Position numbers and translations under genes: made by a program
Notes under the pieces: generated by a model
Seen by the model: the letters and a program-made list of their open reading frames with translations, nothing else
Told to the model about the DNA's origin: nothing
Database searches by the model: none
In this document: piece by piece, positions 25,913-37,997 of the stretch
How positions within the stretch are numbered: the first letter of the stretch is position 1
Layout: each line of letters starts with the position of its first letter
Assembly (NCBI GenBank): GCA_036172245.1
Contig: JAYWIR010000016.1
Span: forward strand, 868,001-932,000
Direction: 5' to 3'
Origin: Raillietiella orientalis
Lineage: Eukaryota
DNA length: 64,000 nucleotides

Positions 25913-26311
25913 GAATTCCCCCAAAATGGTCCGACTACTGTTTGCTTTCGAGGCATAAGCCCCCATACGTCCCAGGGAGCATTCTGCAACTATTAATGAA
26001 GCTAAACACATGCAAGTGGCGAGAGTTATAGGAGGCGTATTCTCCGACAAGCAATAATAAAAATGCATTTGTAGTCAGATGTTCGGAGCTCCAATCTGAT
26101 CTCGATCGACTCCTCCTCATCACAGGTGCAGGAATCTTTCACACATTAGCCGGCATTCTTCCATGCATACATAGCGTCTCGGTACACGACAGCTCTATGT
26201 GCTCCCAAGCGTGCTGCTTGAATTGAGGACTGCGGCAAACACTTGCCCACAGCCCAAACGCTATTGTGTAACAAAGCAGATCGTACAGAGAAGCACTGCT
26301 CTATATTTCCA

Positions 26312-28780
26312 GGTTGGCAGCGAATGAGGGGGAGATCATCATCAACGGAGGTACACAAAGTACAAAGGGCCAGGGTACCGAACCTTTTCAAGGGAAAGGA
26401 AACGTCCAAGCAAATGGACAAAACAATGGAGGTGTAGCTTCTCCAGCAGAAACGTCAGGGCAGAAGCAGGGCAAGTAGCAAAAGAGCAGCCTGTCGATTT
26501 CGACCAGTTCAGAGAGGGCAATTGAAGTACACAAAAATGAAGAACAAAGCGGGTCTGAGCATGAGGGAGCACTTGCTGACGGAAAACGCAGTAGGAGTCT
26601 ACCGCCAGAGGAGAAAATGCGGTTGAACTACAACGCAGTGGAAGGTGTCGACCCAGCACCTGGGAAGGCAACACATTCCAAGACATAGTTGCAGAGTCAA
26701 TTCATACCCAGGGCAGAAACCCGATAAGATTACAAAGCTAGAAGAAAAAGAGAGAGTGTGTTTCGTAGAAACAACGAAGATATTCTCAAACGCATCTCGA
26801 GAGTCCTGGAACAGGAAATGGGTGTATGCTGAAAAACTATAAAGATAGAGATGACCAAGAACGATGTGTGGTGATGATGAATATTCAGTGAGAATGAGAA
26901 TAAGGAACCAGAGATGGCCTCGATGTAGAGTGAAGAAGCATTCGACAGCAAACTCGGGATACAATCCTAAAATGGATTGCAATTTTCTCCATTCGTTTGT
27001 GGTTATTTGATCGCTTCCTTCTAATAGACTTCTCGACCACTAGCTGGACCGTGGAAAATGTTGAGAGGAGCTGCGATTATCGAGTAAAGTTGAAAACTTT
27101 ACTCACTGCCCCGTCAAAGCGATGGAGATTACCTCCCCTGTGGCAAACTTTGTATGTCCGGACTGGACAAATGAGTGAAAGTTCACAGTTCTCCTTGTCC
27201 AGTATCTGAAATAGTTTTTGCTTTGCCAGTTCCCTCCAGCGCTGTGCTTTGCAGTGCGAGAACCCAGAAAGTGAAAGGACCACGATGAACAACAGTAATG
27301 AATCAACCACAGTGGTGGACGCCCGTCCCGTAGAGAAGTCAGCGTCCACGCCGGTGTCCCGTGGTGGTAACGTCGATCTCACCGGCAACGTACGCATGGC
27401 TGTTCCAGTAGCCTCCTCGGCAAAAGCAAAGGGAATAGCCATTTAGAAAAGGAAAGCAAGCATGTGGTGGCCTCGATCCCAATCTTGGACGTGTAGATAG
27501 ACAGCATCACCTCCGAAATGGGGTTCACACTTAATAGCGAAATCACTGAGTCAAAAAAAAGGATCCAAATTTCACCCATGCGTACGCGATCGTAACTTTC
27601 ACAAACGGCTTCTCCATTTAAACCGACAGCGTTTCGTTTGCGGATGTAAGAACAAACTTAGTTGGCTTAATGCTGCGGGGGTTTAATAGATAGCATTCTC
27701 ACAACTCCACATCTGCGACCTGAGACCACTGTTCACTCACCAGAAGACGATTTGGGACCACTCCTCCCTATTCGGAAAAGTGCAGAAAATAATCCTCAAG
27801 GGCACAGTAGGCATGGCACTCAGGGCAAGCTGTGAGGTGAATTGGGCTCCTGAAAGACGAAAATTTCCGTCATCATCACAACGGACAGATTGCTGTCCAA
27901 CTCGCAATACAACCTACCGGAAACGAGCGGACTTTTCCCAGGGTTGCTTAGCGTTTGGAGTTGTAGGGCGGCCTCGTGGCCAAAAGCTTGCTAAACTAAA
28001 TACGAAGAGCAAGAACAGCTGGCATTCTCGTGCTTCAAGCGTCGTCAGTGCTAGCAGGAGCCAAAAAAAAAAAAGAGAGAGAGAGAACCTGTAGGACTCC
28101 CCGCTTACAGAAATGAAACAGAGCAAGGCTTCGACCTCGTCTTACGGAAAGCTGAGTCCAAAGACAACGGCTGAAAACAGAGAATCCTCGTCTCTGGAGA
28201 GTGCCTTGGAAGCACAGTATCCGGAGACTGCAGAGTAGCAGCGGCAGAGCTCCTGCTGCAGTGTGGCCGGAGCAGATCCAAAACTCCCAGGAGGCAAGCC
28301 TTCCAGAATTTCGCAGTCGTTTCGATGCCAGCTCACCCAGGTGTACCTCACTATTCGCGGAAAACCGAATGATAGAAACGAAAGGAGGGAAATTGGAAAA
28401 TTGCAACCGGACTGCTTCCATTTTCAAAAGGATGTTTAGAGAAAAGTACCAGGTAAATGCTACCTAGGTACCACTAGCATCACCATCTGTGGGGAAAACG
28501 AACAAGCGACTCGGTGAACTTCCTCACTCGGATGCATGGGGGCGGGAAAGAGTTGCAGGAACTCTTTGCCAGGAATCCAACCGGGGCCCCCAAGAAGAAG
28601 AAGGCAGCCTGACTGCAGAAGCACTGGGAAATTCCAATCACGCAGAGTGAAAGGGGTGAAGATACACAACACACGCAAGGCAAAGCACGAGGTAAGAGAT
28701 GCAGAAACTCATGACGAAACCAGGAAATAGGAGGAGGCCCATTCTTCGTAGCGGATTCCCATCACGGTGAAAACGATCTG
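26312..28780 (+). pseudogene. Possible decayed low-complexity (S/G/E/K-rich) gene
   Basis: Long protein-like frames follow splice acceptors (e.g. LAANEGEIIINGGTQSTKGQGTEPFQGKGNVQANGQNNGG... after ttccag at ~26311) and are interrupted by isolated TAG/TAA stops. No homology recognised. Confidence 0.25.
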
Positions 28781-30721
28781 AAAGATAAAGTCTTCCTTGC
28801 TCTCTGCTCTCCTGTGCTGGTCGTTTGCAAATGTGTTTACCGGATAAAATTTACCCCGCCATACGTCGGGCTGGGAAAAGAACAGCACGATTTGGAACTT
28901 GAAAACACGTTGTGGTTTCGTCTCTAGCGTGTGCTACAGTCTGTGAGGCAGGGATAACTTCGAATCCTTGGAGCATAATTTCAGCAGCATCCGGCCAGCT
29001 GATTCCAACGATCTGCTTATCTCAAACATCAGTCGTCGTTAGCCTTCAGCGCAATGGTCGTTCGTTATATGCATGTAATTACTTATATTGATAACTACTA
29101 ATCACTGATTTCTATGGATGTGATGAATTTTGATTGCACTGTACGTGTAAATACACGGTTAGGCTCGTGAGCGACAAAGCTCATCGATGAACGTCCTATG
29201 TACGGGACAAGTAAATAAGATTCACGCTGAGACGGAAGCCAAGGAATGCCACATGGATTCTTCCGTTCTCTGTTACTTGTGAAGACACCATGGATGCGAA
29301 CGAGTTGGTATGGAAACAACTCTGAAGATCTAAGTCTGTGCTTATAGGGAGGGATAGCGTTTTTCAAGTCAAGAACGCTGAATTTCAGGAACGTGATGAA
29401 ACGGTTTTGAAGCGAACTTTTCCATGATAGGGCGATTAGCGATTCGTGTCAAGAACGTGTTAGGTGCTCCCAGTATTTCCGACCGCCAGTACTTTTCCGA
29501 ATTTCATGCCCTCTGTATACATATTGTCATCTATAATCCATAAAAACATGTGGCAAATCTCATTTTGCAATAAAAAAAAAAAAAAATGCATTTGTTCTGC
29601 ATAGGAACCATCTCTCAGTGAGTCGGACATCAAATTTGAAAAGCAAGAAGGCTCTTTCTATACCGTGATCCTGTAAACTGCACAAACTCTGCAAGGTGCA
29701 GAGTCCACTCTGTTTGTCTCTGAGTCTTCCGGAGATCTTGGGATGCAAGCCAAGACGTTCTGCCCATTTCATCGTTCCTGTTTCGGATTCCGAGAAACGT
29801 TTCTTCCATTATAACACATAGTCAAGAAATGTGAACTCTGAGCAGCGTGGCCAAAGTTTGCAGGTTGCTCAAAGTGTTTCTATCCCCCATCCCTGCCCCC
29901 TCCCCCTCCTCGAAAAACATTTCCCTCCCTTTTTGTTTATTTCTTTTCTGGTATTCCCTCCCCCACCGCCAAAGGAGAGGGACCTCACCGGTATGCATGC
30001 CGGTCCACGGCAAGTCTTCCACGCGTGGTAGAAGCAAGTGTTCTACCCCGATATCTATGACAACGACTTTGGTATGAAATTCAGATTCGTACAGATTTTA
30101 ATAAGAAATGCCCCGGCAAATCCGGGTGAAAAACTCAAAGTATTTCTCATAACTGCCATTCTTCTAGAAACCGTTGTTCTTGCCTACAGTGAGAAGCTAC
30201 GTATAGTTAACGTGACCATCCTGTTCCATGAGCAATAAGAACAGGAAGTTTCTCCTTTAAATACAAATTAACATACTTCATTCCATGCAATCATCTTTTT
30301 GTATAAAGCGAAAGACAAAGTCTCCTTTCTGTTTGGCATGCTTATTTAAGGAAACCATCAAAAAAATTAGTTGGTGGAGTTCAAGATGAAGTTTTCCCGG
30401 ACCCCTAGCCCCTAGCCCCCTGGAACTTTAGCATCGTCACTAACAGTGCCTCGAGCATCAGCTACTCAATGTACTTGATTGCGTATATGGCATGTATATT
30501 CCTTTCTGCCCCACTCATTCCGAGTTTGCCAGTTTCTTCATCTTGGGAGATAAAACTGCTTCGAATTCTGCCTCCCGTCTTTCCTGTTAACGATCCATTT
30601 GCACAGGGTCGATTTTGAGATTTGGTTTTCCGAAGGTGACGTTGAGGAATGGAAGACTAATGCAAGAAGCTACATCTACGACGCCTTTTCTTCTCCATAT
30701 TGCTTTCGAAATTTAAAAGAG

Positions 30722-33700
30722 TGGAGGCGACGGAAAATGTCTTTTTTGTCTCCCACCGGAATGTTCAGGATCGATAGCAGTCGATTCCACATGGGGCGGA
30801 GAGCGACACAGTCGAGTAGCAGGTGCGGGAAGGTTTCCATTTCCCCACACCCTGCACAATTGGCATCCGCACTCCCTGATGTCCAGCGCATGGCTGGAAG
30901 AAACAGTTGGAACGTGGGCAAAGTTAAACGACATCAGTGAAGAATCCTGCAACCGCCTGCGTCCCGGCATCTACACCCGCTGCACGCTGCGGAACATGAT
31001 CGTGTGTCCCGCCAGAAGCACTTGGGCGGAGACGACCCCACTGGCCACGGCGCTGCCCTTCCTACGAAGGGCGCTTCAAAACAGCCGGAAGCCGAGATGG
31101 CAAGTCTCCTGCCGGATAGCGGGCAAGGAGAAGGATCTAAGCGGGTGGACAATGAGGGAACTGGCAGACGCCGCAACCCCAAGCGTTCACCCGCATGGAA
31201 TACGGAGATGGGGCGAGCTGCTTGGCATCCCGGCGAATGACCTATAGTGGCCCCCGTCGTTTATTGATTCATCCATCCTCCCCCTCAAGTGGCAGGAAAC
31301 GGCGCTGCTGTTGTTGCACTGGGGTCTTCCCTGCAACGCGAGACGCCACCACTGGACGTTGGGGAACGTGGGACAGAACTGTGCAGTGTGCGGGGAGAAG
31401 GAATCCCTCCCCCATCTGTTAGTGGACTGCGCTGCCCTCCGGCCCTTGTGGGAACGTTTTGCTACGACCCTCCCTATGCCGGTCGGCAGTACCCCCAGAG
31501 ACGTTCTGAGACTCCTCTTCGTGCGAGACGCCCTGCCACCAGCCTCAACCCTGGCAGCGCTCTGCTGCCTCCGAGGGATTGTGGCCGCGTGGAGCGCAGC
31601 CAACAGAGGAAGCAGCGACAGGGACGCCATCGTACACGCGGGCGGCTACCTGCGAATCGCGATCGGCTGGTCCCATCTGGGAGCTATGACAACGGACCTC
31701 GAGGGCATCCTGGAAAGGATGGTCTCTTCCTCCAGCGGGCTGTGATCCCTTCCCGGCCCTCCAAATAGTTTCTTTTTGTTTATTTCATTTATTTTTGTTT
31801 TTGTTTTACCCCCCCTCCCCTCCGCTGCCGAGGAGAGACAAGCCGGCCTCAGAACCGGCTTCATGGGTTGGCCAAAGGACTATTGGACGTAGCGGGGCCT
31901 AGTACCGCAAATGTAAAGTGTTTATCAATAAACGCCCAGGCGTGACCGGGTTAAAACTCCCTGATGTCCAGTGGAAGAGGTGTACTCTGCAAAGGAGTCC
32001 CCAATGGAGCACTAGCAGCGCCGTCTCTTGCCACTTCAGGGGGAGGGTGCCGTTGTCCCAATGCGTTGGGGCCACTTCACCTCCTCCGGAGGTATGCCGA
32101 GTAGCTCGCCCCAGCGCACAAGTCCGTTAGGCGGGATACTCGGGGTTGCAGCGTCCGCTAATTCCCGACATGTCCGCGCCTTCATGAGTTTTCTTCTGAT
32201 CCTGATGAGGCAGGACACTTCCCACAATGCCTCCTGTTGGTTGTCCCTAGCGTTCATTAGGGAGTGCAGCGAGGGGGCAAGGGGGTTTGAGGAAGCCCAC
32301 AGAAGTTTCTGTGGGTTGCTTACGATCTCTTGCAAGGGCTGGCCAGTGTACCTGCCTCTACGGAGGAAAGAGAAGTCCACATCGCTGGAGCCGTTGATGT
32401 TTGCCCACGCGGAAACTGACTCCTGAAGTCAGGTAGTACAGTTCGCGGGGACACAAGAGATCCAGGTATTATCCCTCACCACGGCAACCACGTCGCGCAG
32501 TTGAAAACCACAATGGTTTAGTCTGCGTTCGTTAGCAACAAGGATTGTGGTCAATCCGTTGCAGTTGGTTGCCCTGTTGGCGAGCAGACGTGTTGAGATG
32601 CACCATGGCGCAGTCCAGTATCGCGCCAGGAGGGCGATTTTGCGTGTTTGGAGCTGACGCTCCATGCGCTCCATCGTCAAGAGACCGAGTCCACCGTCCC
32701 TGCGTGGAGCGCACAAGTCTTTAAGCCGGACGGGGGACCTCTGATTGTCCCACAGGGCTTTTCTTAGGAAGCCCCGCATCCTTGTCTTGATCTGTGGTGA
32801 GGCGGGGCAAACAAAAAGTAGAGGGAGAAGGAGGGGGACCGCAAAAGCGTTCCACACTGTGGTCTGTTCCTGCAAGTAAAGCTTGCCGTTACGGAACGGG
32901 CCAATCGCCGACTCCACCTTTTGGAGACGGTCGGACCAGGCTTCTGCGGCTCAGAAGTCCCCCAACGGAACGCCAAGGTACTTAAAGTACCCGCCCGTGG
33001 GGATCCCCAGGCGAATCCAGTGAGGTCGTCCAGCTCACGCCGAGACGATTTGTACCATCGACGTCTTCGCTCTGTTCACCTCCAGGCCCGTCCCTCGGCG
33101 TAACAACTCGAAGAACTCCTCGAGAGCAGACGCCGGGGTGGACCCAGGGAGCCGCAGCAGAAGCTCGTCTGCGTAGGCCGACACGGCAGGCGTGTCGGGA
33201 CATGAGCTCTGCCGGGTTGCCAAAGTCTCCCTGTATGCTCTTAGCACCAGCTCTAAATAGATGCTAAAGAACAGGAGGCTGAGGCTGTCATCCTGCCTAA
33301 TGCCACGTCGAACCGGCACGCCGTACACATGCCGACCGCTGAAGATAATGTTTATATACGCAAAGAGCCAGCAGGAGCGCACGTAGGCCAAGACGACCGG
33401 AAATCCCATGCGTCCCAAGAGCTCCAGAAGCTCCTGTTCGACACAGTCGAAAGCTTTATGCAAATCGACTGCGACTGGAAGGACTCCAGACGCCGCTTCT
33501 CCCCCTCAACCTTCTTCCCCCCTATCAGATGAGAGTCCGGGACTCTCCTGACGCAGCTGCGCCTTGCGTTGTTGCAACTATGTGCTGGCGAAGAACAGGT
33601 TGGCCTCCATGGTTCGCCCGGGAACAGCGTAAGTCTGTTGCGGACTGACCACGGATTCCGCTACCCATCCCAGTCGTTCAGCCCAAGTTTGGCAAGCAAC

Positions 33701-33925
33701 TTCGCATCCGCATTCACTACAGTGATGGGACGCCAGTTGCCTGCGTTGCGGGAGAAGGACGAGTGGCGGAGACGGTGGCGGCGATTGCAAGGCACCCGCG
33801 ACGTTGTCTACTCATCCGTGGCCGCATCCATGGCACCCGCAGACAGCCTTGATCGCCGGTCGAGAAATCCTCGGCCGGCGTGAGGGAATCCGGACCTCTA
33901 AGAGAATTCGGACTGAAGGTGACCA
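30722..33925 (-). mobile_element. 5'-truncated, frameshifted L1/Tx1-clade non-LTR retrotransposon (RT + C-terminal CCHC zf-RVT), interrupted by a nested insertion at 30887-31955
   Basis: RT motifs in order: GPDSLT.AE, NWRPITVVNADAKLLAK, SPQQTYAVPGR, DLHKAFDCV, GIRQDDSLS, AYADE, GLEVNRAKT, KYLGV, LCAPRRDGGLGL. These are followed by LHWGL...CAGCGEMETFPHLLLDC. Confidence 0.9.
30887..31955 (+). mobile_element. 5'-truncated L1/Tx1-type LINE copy (zf-RVT end of ORF2, 3' UTR, polyA signal) inserted into the element above
   Basis: Encodes ...LPLKWQETALLLLHWGLPCNARRHHWTLG...CAVCGEKESLPHLLVDC... with a stop at 31745. It has a T-rich 3' UTR, AATAAA at 31927-31932 and a short A tail. It is flanked by the direct repeat ACTCCCTGATGTCCAG (30871-30886 and 31956-31971). 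Confidence 0.9.
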
Positions 33926-34229
33926 TAGTCCGATGGGCCCCCTAAGCAGCAACGCCGCTCTCAATATTCATCTCGCGATCCACAAAAAGAGGATCATCTT
34001 CGATCATATCAAGGCGATCGTGCCTTTCGTTGGAAGACCCCCCGTGTACACGGACATCCAAGACGGGATCGACGACTTCGTCGACAATGGGCTGCTCCTG
34101 AACGGCAGGATTCTGCAGAGAATCTCGGATATCGCACGGCTACCGCTGTCCACCCGTCCGGCATGGGAGCCAGGACCGACAGACACCGCCTAGGCGTATT
34201 TCGAGCAGTCCAAGGGAAATTTTTCTTAT

Positions 34230-35180
34230 ATAAAAAATAAACCAATTGGGAACAAGTTTTCCAATCGACGACAGCAAGAAATAAAGGGAAATGTTCACCA
34301 GCACGCAGGCCGGGACAACAGAGAGTTCGGAACAAGAGAAGGACAAGAGGACAGCAAAAAAAAAACAAAAAAAAAATGGGCGGGAAGGGGCGGGGATCTT
34401 TAGTTTCGCACTGTATGCACCGGGATAAAAACAGAAAGCACCAAGAAAGTCAAGAAGCAAATGGGGTTGGGGAATATGAAAAAAATCAAGAGAGGGAGAG
34501 GACGAGGATCACCGGGTCCGCCGTTCCCAACCGTCCATCCACCAGCGATGGATGCCGGCGATCTCCTCCTTCGCTTCCTCTTCCAGGTGAGGCCACCTTG
34601 CGGCCTTCCTGATGTAGGTGTCTGGTGCCATCCTGGTGACCATCCTTTGCTGCGTGGTGGTTTCTAGCACCTATCGGGTTCCAATGATGGCACGGATGCA
34701 ACCCATGGTTGCAAGAATAGAGCCCGTCGAGAGGCCTCTCGGCTCGAAGAACCGCCGCAGCACGTCTCGGGCAGTGTCCTCCTGGTGCAGGAGTACTGTT
34801 GTCAGCCTCCGCCACAGTTCTTGGAGGGCACCGCAGTCCAAAAGCTGCTGAGGCGGGATCGACTCCATCGACACGCACCTGACACAGTTCAGAGATGCAA
34901 ACCTTCCGGAAACTCGATGCCTTCGCTCATTACACTGGAATCCCCAGGGGACGAAGAGCAATACGGACTGCTTCCAGGAGAGGGGGAACAACGAACGGTC
35001 CATACAATGCGCAGAAATCCCAACTTCTTCAAGGGCAATACTGAAGAGTTCTCCCCACCGAATTTGTCCCTTCGCCACTGAACGCTGAGTGGCAGCATCC
35101 ACCAACTCACGCTTCTTCCAGGCACTGAAGAGCTTTGTTTTTCCCGCAATGGTGCAGGAAAACTCCCACATCGCCGGTTG
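34230..35180 (-). mobile_element. Third L1/Tx1-family 3' fragment (zf-RVT + 3' UTR)
   Basis: WEFSCTIAGK...RELVDAATQ...RWGELFSI...PLSWKQSVLLFVPWG...CVRCVSMESIPPQQLLDCGALQELWRRL is homologous to the other two copies, and is followed by a T-rich 3' UTR. Confidence 0.85.
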
Positions 35181-35189
35181 GCTACTGTC

Positions 35190-36040
35190 ATCTCTTGCCC
35201 TGAGGGCAGACAGCGCTGCAGCGAAGGGTGTGGCGGCCAGGGACTAAAACTTCACCGCGTCCTGAATCACCACTTCCAAAGGTCATTCCAGGGAAGTAGC
35301 GTGGGAAAGAAGGCAGCGTGCAGGGACAGGACTTTTTGAGGGACAGGCTTTCATGGGAATCCAGAATGCCCAGGGACACCAGGATCCCGAGTCTCGTTCG
35401 ACTGGACGAGCGCTCCGAAAAGGTCCAGGCGACTTACCAGGAGCAACCCGCCTTTTGCCAGTTCGTGCGTGGAGTTTGGTCACAAGACCATGGCCTGCTC
35501 CAAGGGTAGATGTCAGGAACCTGCACACGCGGTAATCAACTGCGTGCGCCCCAAGCGGCGCTTTCTCTGCAAGGCCGGGGGCCACGAGAGGAAGGACTGC
35601 GAGAATTGCCGCCAGCGGGTGGAGTTTCAGGACCGGAAAGCTCTAGAAAATGGGAGGCAAGCAACCAGCACAGCACTCTCATGCCTGAAGGAGACTCCTT
35701 CCCCGACCGAAGCACCGCAGCCAACCCTGACCATCGCCCCGCAAAACCCGAAACCGGACTCCCGAGGAACCCAGTTCCACGCGAACTGAGAACGAGGATG
35801 GCGAACCTCCTCAAGGCAGGAAATGGGAGAAAACGACTAGTTCGAATCATGGAAGACCCCAAACTGAGGAACAAACTCTGCAGCTCCGCTAGCAACCTCC
35901 TGGAACCATCTCCGAGGACGGAGAGACAGTGACCAGGAGGCAGCGTGGGAAGTCTGTTTCCAGATCCATGATCTGCAAGCTCTTCTTCTATCCAGAAAGC
36001 TGACCACACACGCGACCTCCCAGCACTAGACCTCTGGGAC
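35190..36040 (+). mobile_element. L1/Tx1-type ORF1 (gag-like) fragment with three degenerate CCHC zinc knuckles
   Basis: RIPSLVRL...ATYQEQPAFC..(frameshift)..EFGHKTMAC, then CQEPAHAVINC and CKAGGHERKDC. The IPS...Y.gQP..C..C...GH....C pattern is typical of Tx1/L1 ORF1. Boundaries are approximate. Confidence 0.72.
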
Positions 36041-37997
36041 AGCCTGTTGGACCTAACGTCGCATGATGTCTGGGTTGAGGCATACTCGAGACTCTCACGA
36101 ATTAATGGGTTTCCTCGTGGAAATAATATTTGTGAACTTGTGAAAGAAATTTGCTTTCTCAAGACAGTCCCTATACGTGACGAGAAGCAGTCTCGTACCA
36201 TGTGTTCCCATGGTGTCTCCAATGAAAACCGTCCACATATTGTAATGAATAGTAAGCTGCAACACAGAGCCCAAGAAGCAATACAGTGCGTGTCTTCGCG
36301 TTCCTGTGTGTGATCCTCGATGTGTTTCAGAGAGAGTCATTTGGAGTATGGAGATTATTTAGTTGCAGGTGGAGATGCGAAGTGCCTGGTAAGATTCTTG
36401 CATCCAATTGTTTTCTTCAACGTGGTCAGAAATAATGCTTGCATTCACATTACCTATCAATTTGTTAATTTATCTTGTTATTCATTTTGCTGACAGCTCT
36501 CTGTCTTTTATATTCCTCTGATGCAACTATGCTAGGCAGTATCATTTCCAAAGGTTTGTCTTGACCTCTGGTAAGCTAAAGAATGAATACTGTCTGTCAG
36601 TCCATCTCCCTGGTACCCAGTTACGAAGAAGTCTAAATAATTCAAGACTCCTTTTTCCTAAACAGTATCTGTCTCTAGCTACATTTAGGAATTGGTTGTC
36701 CCTTCGGATGGACGAATAATTTCATCACAAAAAGTGATCTCACATAATTAACTTTGTTGATTCTAAACCTTCTGTGCCATATAAGAATTTTCTCGGTCTC
36801 AGACCCCGCTGCTATTCTTGGAGACAGCTCGTTTAAATGATAAAACACTGAAGAAGGCAATTTCGAGAGAAATCTTAAAAAATGTCAGCATCTTCACAAG
36901 CGAGGAAGCGTATGGACCAGAATGTGTTCTCTATTCTTGGACATGTACAGGGCAAACAGCGTTGCCAATGCCTCAAACTATTTTGTATGTTACGAGGCCG
37001 ATTTGGCAAGAACTCTTGCAGGTCGCCTCATGACAGACGCATCGTACGTGAGAAATCGAAATACACTGGTTACATTTTAACGTCACTTGAAAATTCCAAT
37101 GCAATGACTCCGCAAGTAAGCAAAAAAAAGAAAGATGTGAACTTGCTCTAATAAAACTATGCTTATCAGCGTTCCTATGGACGTAAGCAGGGTTTCAAGT
37201 CAACTCACATGACTCGAAACACAAACACCACTCCTGCTTAGGACAGAGCTCGAACACGGTGCCCTCATGCACTTGAAATTATTGCCCTGGACTTTGCCAA
37301 GTTCACCACCTACACATCTAGCGTGAACCGTGCCGAGTGGAATCAGAACGCTTGGATGGCATTCGGAATTCGCAGAATGCGTGAGGAGCCTTTGAAAAAT
37401 TGGAATTCGACATTATGCATTTGCAGATCCGTTTCGTCTGGTGTGTGTGTTTTTCCTGTGGAGATAATTTTGAATTGTCTGCCCCTATACTTGACCTTAG
37501 CACTTTTGCGATGGGGTGCCCTGACGTGTTCGTCATTGCTCGTGTCGACACCAACAAATGCTGCCGTCGAAGGCACACTTTCCATGTTGTTTGCTTGCTC
37601 TTTTGTGCATTCGAAGGCGAACCAAAAACTAAAAGAATGCTTTCCCATTCCAGTAAACGGCAAACAAGCTTGTTTGGGTTGCTGCTAAACTTGACGGGAA
37701 GAATGAACAGTACGAGCTTATGATAAACATGATAATTCGCTTTGTTTATCCTCTAGTCCGTATTTATTGAAGATCATATATTTGGCACAGTCTTTTATAC
37801 CACAGGACCACTCAAAATTGCGTGAATGTCCAGCAGGGAGGCTGGCGTTTCACAATTCCCAAATTTCATTTATTACCAACTTATTTTCAAAGTATCGTCA
37901 AAAAATCCGCATCCCCGACATGCAACTTCACATGCTGAATAAGAGACCGTAGTCACTGGTCATAAAACCAAGACGTTATTTTTTTTTTTTTTTTTTT

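Noticed and set aside
26312..28780. Stop-codon reassignment or readthrough suggested by repeated in-frame TAG/TAA
   Set aside because: Conserved genes in the window terminate normally with TAA (NDUFS3), TAG (URI1, TEX2) and TGA (kinase, DHCR24), and contain no internal stops.
36047..37723. Possible small + strand gene convergent with OSBPL11
   Set aside because: Splice-like sites are present but the frames do not join consistently, and no homology is recognised.
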